Positions 55,969-60,063 of a stretch of 60,063 bases of DNA are shown piece after piece. The translations under genes were made by a program, and so were the position numbers. Position 1 is the first letter of the stretch, and each line of letters begins with the position of its first letter. Origin of the DNA: Candidatus Gottesmanbacteria bacterium. Its GTDB lineage: Bacteria > Patescibacteriota > Microgenomatia > 2-02-FULL-39-11. A model generated the notes under the pieces. It made no database searches. It worked only from the letters and a program-made list of their open reading frames with translations, and had not been told where the DNA came from. The stretch lies in NCBI GenBank assembly GCA_016195685.1, contig JACPZE010000026.1, positions 1 through 60,063 of the forward strand, in the 5' to 3' direction.

Positions 55969-57027
55969 TTAAATCAGCTTTTCCTGTAGATCCTTTTTCT
56001 TTTGGGGTTTACCCTGAGCGGAGTCGAAGGGAATATTTAGATGCTGGTAAGCTTTTTCTGTGGCTTCTCTTCCGCGAGGTGTGCGTTTGAGAAATCCTAT
56101 TTGCATAAGATATGGTTCGATAACTTCTTCCAAAGTTCCGATATCTTCGGATAATGTAGCAGCAAGAGTTTCTATCCCTACGGGTCCCCCTTCATGTTTT
56201 TCGATCAGTGCCTTCAGTAATCTTCTGTCTGAGTCATCCAATCCCATATGGTCTATTTCCAAAAGTCCAAAAGCATCTCGTAAAACCTGTTCGTCTACGT
56301 CTTTTTTGTTTTTCACTTCAGCAAAATCGCGGGCGCGTTTGAGAAGTTTCAAAGCGATTCTTGGTGTTCCACGGGCACGTTTGGAGAGAGAGATAAGGGA
56401 AGGGGATTGGATTTGGATCTTTAATTTCTTTGCCCCATTTTCAATAATTTTTTCTAACTCTTTTGGTCCGTAGAAATTAAGCCTTTGAATTATTCCAAAC
56501 CTGTCTCGAAGCGGAGCAGACATAAGTCCTATTCGGGTAGTAGCACCGACAAGGGTAAATTTTGGCAGATCCAACCTCAAAGTGCGGGCAGAAGGTCCTT
56601 TTCCAATCACGATATCCAGAGCAAAATCTTCCATGGCAGGGTATAAAGTTTCTTCTACTACTTTATTTAAGCGGTGTATTTCGTCGATAAAAAGAATATC
56701 TCCCGGTTCAAGATTGGTTAGTATCGAAGCTAGATCACCGGATCTTTCTATTGCCGGACCTGACGTAATGCGTATATTTACTCCTATTTCTTTTGCAATA
56801 AGATGGGCAAGGGTAGTTTTTCCCAATCCCGGAGGTCCATAAAGAAGTATATGCTCGATAGGTTCTTTTCTTTTCTTCGCAGCAGTAAGGGCTACATGGA
56901 GAGATTGCTTCACTTTTTCCTGACCATGGAATTCATTCCATTCAGACGCTCTTAAAGAAATGAAAAGTTTTTCCTCTTCTGGAGTTTCTGTAGAATTTGT
57001 TGATTTAATGTTTTTTACTTCTGCCAT
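55969..57027 (-). CDS. ruvB: Holliday junction helicase RuvB
   Basis: GPPGLGKTT, FIDEIHR, GATTR, RGTPRIA, RTPRGR. Confidence 0.97.
   Translation of the reverse strand: MAEVKNIKSTNSTETPEEEKLFISLRASEWNEFHGQEKVKQSLHVALTAAKKRKEPIEHILLYGPPGLGKTTLAHLIAKEIGVNIRITSGPAIERSGDLASILTNLEPGDILFIDEIHRLNKVVEETLYPAMEDFALDIVIGKGPSARTLRLDLPKFTLVGATTRIGLMSAPLRDRFGIIQRLNFYGPKELEKIIENGAKKLKIQIQSPSLISLSKRARGTPRIALKLLKRARDFAEVKNKKDVDEQVLRDAFGLLEIDHMGLDDSDRRLLKALIEKHEGGPVGIETLAATLSEDIGTLEEVIEPYLMQIGFLKRTPRGREATEKAYQHLNIPFDSAQGKPQKKKDLQEKLI
56007..56031 (-). repeat. family C REP-like unit in frame in the RuvB C-terminus
   Basis: cccttcgactccgctcagggtaaac; encodes PFDSAQGK. Confidence 0.8.
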
Positions 57028-57035
57028 AAGTTAAT

Positions 57036-57413
57036 TTATTTTTTCGAGATCTTCCGATAAACGACTTTAATAAATATAGATAAACCAGAACAAGTGATTA
57101 AATAGAAAATAAAATTGAGGAAAATAGCGAGATAATCATCACCCAGGATCATGCTAAATAATTCTTCATTAATATATGGAATAGGATATGTTGGAAAAGT
57201 AGTTCGTCCGCCAAAAATATCTTTTGTTCTGGTGTTTAGAGGAAATCCATAGAATGTCATCGGTGGAGGGCATACACCAGAAATCCCATTATCATAATAG
57301 CATTTTTGGGGGTTTCCAGTATAAATACTGATATTATTGGTGATTATAGTTAATCCCAAAGATATAAGGAAGATTACAAGTATTTTCTTCAATGAAAAAT
57401 GTTTTAAAATCAT
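57036..57413 (-). CDS. hypothetical small membrane protein between ruvA and ruvB
   Basis: Two TM helices around a loop containing C-x8-C. Confidence 0.65.
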   Translation of the reverse strand: MILKHFSLKKILVIFLISLGLTIITNNISIYTGNPQKCYYDNGISGVCPPPMTFYGFPLNTRTKDIFGGRTTFPTYPIPYINEELFSMILGDDYLAIFLNFIFYLITCSGLSIFIKVVYRKISKK

Positions 57414-57422
57414 ATTTTATTA

Positions 57423-57998
57423 TTACTTCTTCCCAAGATATTTCAGTGCTGATTTAATTTTTGTAGATGTATCTCCCTCAATATCTTTTATAAACTTCAG
57501 TGCGTCTTTGGCTTCGCTTTGCGAAAATCCAAAAGTTTTTAGTGCTTCAATGATTTCCTTCGATTCACTGCCTTCGGCGGTCAAATCCAAGTCAGCAAGA
57601 GAACCAAGTTTAGACCGCAGTTCTATAATTATTTTTTGTGCATTTTTTCTGCCCAGACGGGGGACAGTGGTGAAAAAATCCACGTCACCTTTCACAATTG
57701 CTTCTTTAATTTTGGCCAGTTTGCCATTGGAAAATATATTTAGAGCAGTTTTCGGACCAATCCCAGATACTCCCAAGAAAAGTTCAAACATAGCGAGGTC
57801 TTCTTGTGTGGGGAAGCCATATAAATCCAATGCATCTTCTTTTACGTGAGTATGGATAAAAAGAGAAGCGGGTTTATCTAAAAGTGCCGATGTAATAATA
57901 TCGGCAGGTACAAATACTTTGTAACCTACTCCATTTATTACAATAATGAGATTGTTAACGCCTTTAAATTTTAAAATGCCTTCAAGGTAAGAAATCAT
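57423..57998 (-). CDS. ruvA: Holliday junction DNA-binding protein RuvA
   Basis: MISYLEG, GVGY, VSGIGPKTA, VPRLGRKNAQKI. Confidence 0.96.
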   Translation of the reverse strand: MISYLEGILKFKGVNNLIIVINGVGYKVFVPADIITSALLDKPASLFIHTHVKEDALDLYGFPTQEDLAMFELFLGVSGIGPKTALNIFSNGKLAKIKEAIVKGDVDFFTTVPRLGRKNAQKIIIELRSKLGSLADLDLTAEGSESKEIIEALKTFGFSQSEAKDALKFIKDIEGDTSTKIKSALKYLGKK

Positions 57999-58501
57999 GA
58001 TTGGAAATTTGTATGCAGTATACTGCTTTTCATCTTATATGAAAAGCAATGAGTGAGAGCTATAGCTGCAGCATCTGCTACATCATCCGGGGTGAGGATT
58101 TTTGGCAAATTCAAAATGGTTTTTACCATCTGCTGAATTTGATTTTTATCCGCCCTGCCATAACCCGTCAGGGCCATTTTCACCTGCAGGGGAGTGTATT
58201 CTATGATGGGAATTTTTTGTTGTGATAGCGCCAACTGTACTACCCCGCGTGCTTGGCCGACTATGAGAGCAGTTTTGGCATTTGTGTTGAAAAACAAACT
58301 TTCCAAAGAAGCTGCATCTAACTTTTCTTTCTTGATAAGTCTACTTAGGTTTTCAGAGAGCATTTCCAATCTTTCTGCGGTAGAACTCTTTGAAGTAGAA
58401 GTGAAAGCTCCACTTGATAGTAGTTTTACTTTGCCTTTTTCCTCAGAAACAATTGCCCAACCTGCTATGGCAATTCCTGGATCAATCCCAAGTACGATCA
58501 T
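57995..58501 (-). CDS. ruvC: Holliday junction resolvase RuvC
   Basis: LGIDPG, ESLFF, GYGRADK, DDVADAAAIA. Confidence 0.96.
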   Translation of the reverse strand: MIVLGIDPGIAIAGWAIVSEEKGKVKLLSSGAFTSTSKSSTAERLEMLSENLSRLIKKEKLDAASLESLFFNTNAKTALIVGQARGVVQLALSQQKIPIIEYTPLQVKMALTGYGRADKNQIQQMVKTILNLPKILTPDDVADAAAIALTHCFSYKMKSSILHTNFQS

Positions 58502-58566
58502 ACAAAGGGATTATAGCATGCAAATAAGATGGTATTTTTATTGGGGAAAAATATATAATTAAGTAA

Positions 58567-59427
58567 ATGAATTGGCAATCAGCACTTATTCTAAGTATAG
58601 TTTTTGCTGTAATCAGAGGCTTTTTGGAAAAGAAATTGGTAGCAAAAGTCCCACCTTTTCTCACATTTTTCTACGTGGTTTTCTGGAGTACGATCATTTT
58701 TCTTATCTTTTATTTTATCCGACATTTCAGCTTGCCAGTTGTCTATCCTGAAATGATGCTTCTGGGTATTCTTTTCGCTTTTGGCTATGGTAGCTTTCTT
58801 GAAGCGATGAAGATAAACCTTTCACAATCTGTGATTGCTGCTTCTTTTTACTTATTAATACCTTTAGTTCTCTCAGTTTTTTATCTTTCTGAATGGAAGT
58901 TATTTGATCCAATGACATTAGTTGGTCAAAAGAACATTATCGGTATTCTACTGACATTCGTCTCTATGTATATGTTTGTCAAACAAGATAAAAAGAAAGG
59001 AATAATAAACAATAAATGGTTATTTTTTATGATTGTAGATGTAATTTTAGTTGGTATAGGTACTTTTTGGGGAAAAACGTTTATAGACAGTCATGGCCCG
59101 CTCGAGACCCTTATATCACAATCTCTGGGTGGATTGCCTGTATTGTTTATCATAAATGTATTAAAAAAAGAAAATTTTAAAATAGGCAATTTTAATCAAA
59201 TACTGGCTGTAATTGATGGATTAGTAATCGTAGGAACTGTTACTTTTTTCTATGTAGCGTTAAAAAACGGTCCTCTATCAGTGGTCTTACCAATACAGAC
59301 ACTGGTAATTACTATAGCGATAACTTTAGTAGGTCTTTTTGCTTTTAAAGAAGCACAAAATATGACAAGAAGGAAAATTGCCGGGATGGTATTGGGGATA
59401 TTAGGAGTAGTACTACTTATGATTTGA
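58567..59427 (+). CDS. EamA/DMT-family transporter
   Basis: About 10 TM helices in two repeats; GPLSVVLP. Confidence 0.8.
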   Translation: MNWQSALILSIVFAVIRGFLEKKLVAKVPPFLTFFYVVFWSTIIFLIFYFIRHFSLPVVYPEMMLLGILFAFGYGSFLEAMKINLSQSVIAASFYLLIPLVLSVFYLSEWKLFDPMTLVGQKNIIGILLTFVSMYMFVKQDKKKGIINNKWLFFMIVDVILVGIGTFWGKTFIDSHGPLETLISQSLGGLPVLFIINVLKKENFKIGNFNQILAVIDGLVIVGTVTFFYVALKNGPLSVVLPIQTLVITIAITLVGLFAFKEAQNMTRRKIAGMVLGILGVVLLMI

Positions 59428-59942
59428 TTATGACAACAACCGACAACCAAAATGAAATATTTGATATCGTGGATGAGGATGATAATGTGGTGGGACAAGC
59501 AAAGAGGGGAGAAGTGCATAAAGATAAAAATTTAATCCACAGGAGTATCGGGGTGGCGGTATTTAACGGTAAAGGAGAATTATTTTTGCAAAAAAGAAGT
59601 ATGACTAAAGATACAGAACCAGAAAAATGGACTATATCTTGTTCCGGACATGTAAATTCCGCTGACACGTACGCAAATACTGCAAGAAGAGAATTGCAAG
59701 AGGAATTAGGAGTAGATTTGGTAATTAAACCATTTGCCAAATATATCTGCCGTGCACCACACGAAACGGAAATGGTGATGCTATTTAAAGCTTATTGTGA
59801 AGGTCCTTTTCAATTACATCTTCAGGAAATCAGCGAGGGTAAATTTATTACCCGAATACAGTTGAAAACGCTCGTCACATCGAAAGAAATAGAGTTGAGT
59901 TTTATGGGAAAATTAGCTCTTGAGAAGTTGGGATGGTTATAG
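59424..59942 (+). CDS. NUDIX hydrolase (IPP-isomerase type 1-like)
   Basis: DIVDEDD, HRSIGV, LQKRS..K..P.KW, SGHV..ARRELQEELG. Confidence 0.82.
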   Translation: MIMTTTDNQNEIFDIVDEDDNVVGQAKRGEVHKDKNLIHRSIGVAVFNGKGELFLQKRSMTKDTEPEKWTISCSGHVNSADTYANTARRELQEELGVDLVIKPFAKYICRAPHETEMVMLFKAYCEGPFQLHLQEISEGKFITRIQLKTLVTSKEIELSFMGKLALEKLGWL

Positions 59943-59954
59943 TATAGAAAATAT

Positions 59955-60063
59955 ATGAGTCGTAAGGTATCGTACAAACCTAACCTTGATGGGATGCGTG
60001 CAGATATAATAGTAGTAGGAGGGGGAGCGGCTGGGTTTGGAGTTGTCGCCGCTTTGGAAAAAA
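59955..60063 (+). CDS. FAD-dependent oxidoreductase, 5' part only
   Basis: DIIVVGGGAAG dinucleotide-binding motif; runs off the window. Confidence 0.7.
   Translation, partial: MSRKVSYKPNLDGMRADIIVVGGGAAGFGVVAALEK

Overview
AT-rich bacterial chromosomal segment, probably from a Patescibacteria (CPR, Microgenomates-like) genome. That assignment is an inference from DUF5654, a stand-alone 5'-3' exonuclease, an archaeal-type ATP-dependent ligase and scarce Shine-Dalgarno sites. The window opens exactly on a 780-bp IS1595-family element. Next come a T-box leader that lacks its stem I and a complete trpEGDCFBA-DUF554-trpS operon, in which TrpRS carries an N-terminal YbaK-like domain. Housekeeping and repair genes follow (ftsH, 5'-3' exonuclease, mutM, pyrH, recF, Fic, ligase, EndoQ, pth, folC, ruvCAB), along with glycosyltransferases. 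A copper/disulfide locus holds a BlaI-M56-DsbA-DsbD/cupredoxin-CopZ-Cys-rich cassette, which sits between the two ends of an older paralogous gene, plus csoR-cupredoxin-copA. Further on are trxA-trxB and a T-box-led serB/A-serC-serS operon whose T-box appears to have an ultrashort stem I with a UCC specifier. An accessory block carries a split MDR dehydrogenase, VapBC, a MurL-like PP-loop protein and an orphan. The feature least explained by the annotation is a pervasive set of small repeats. Several families of GC-rich palindromes have conserved arms and swappable nested cargo, and they include an empty site, a 7-bp target duplication and in-frame copies inside CopA, TrxB and RuvB. Many unrelated 7-nt-period tandem arrays are also inserted in frame into conserved enzymes. 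I saw no tRNA, rRNA, CRISPR array or reverse transcriptase. All family assignments come from motif recognition by eye, not from database searches.
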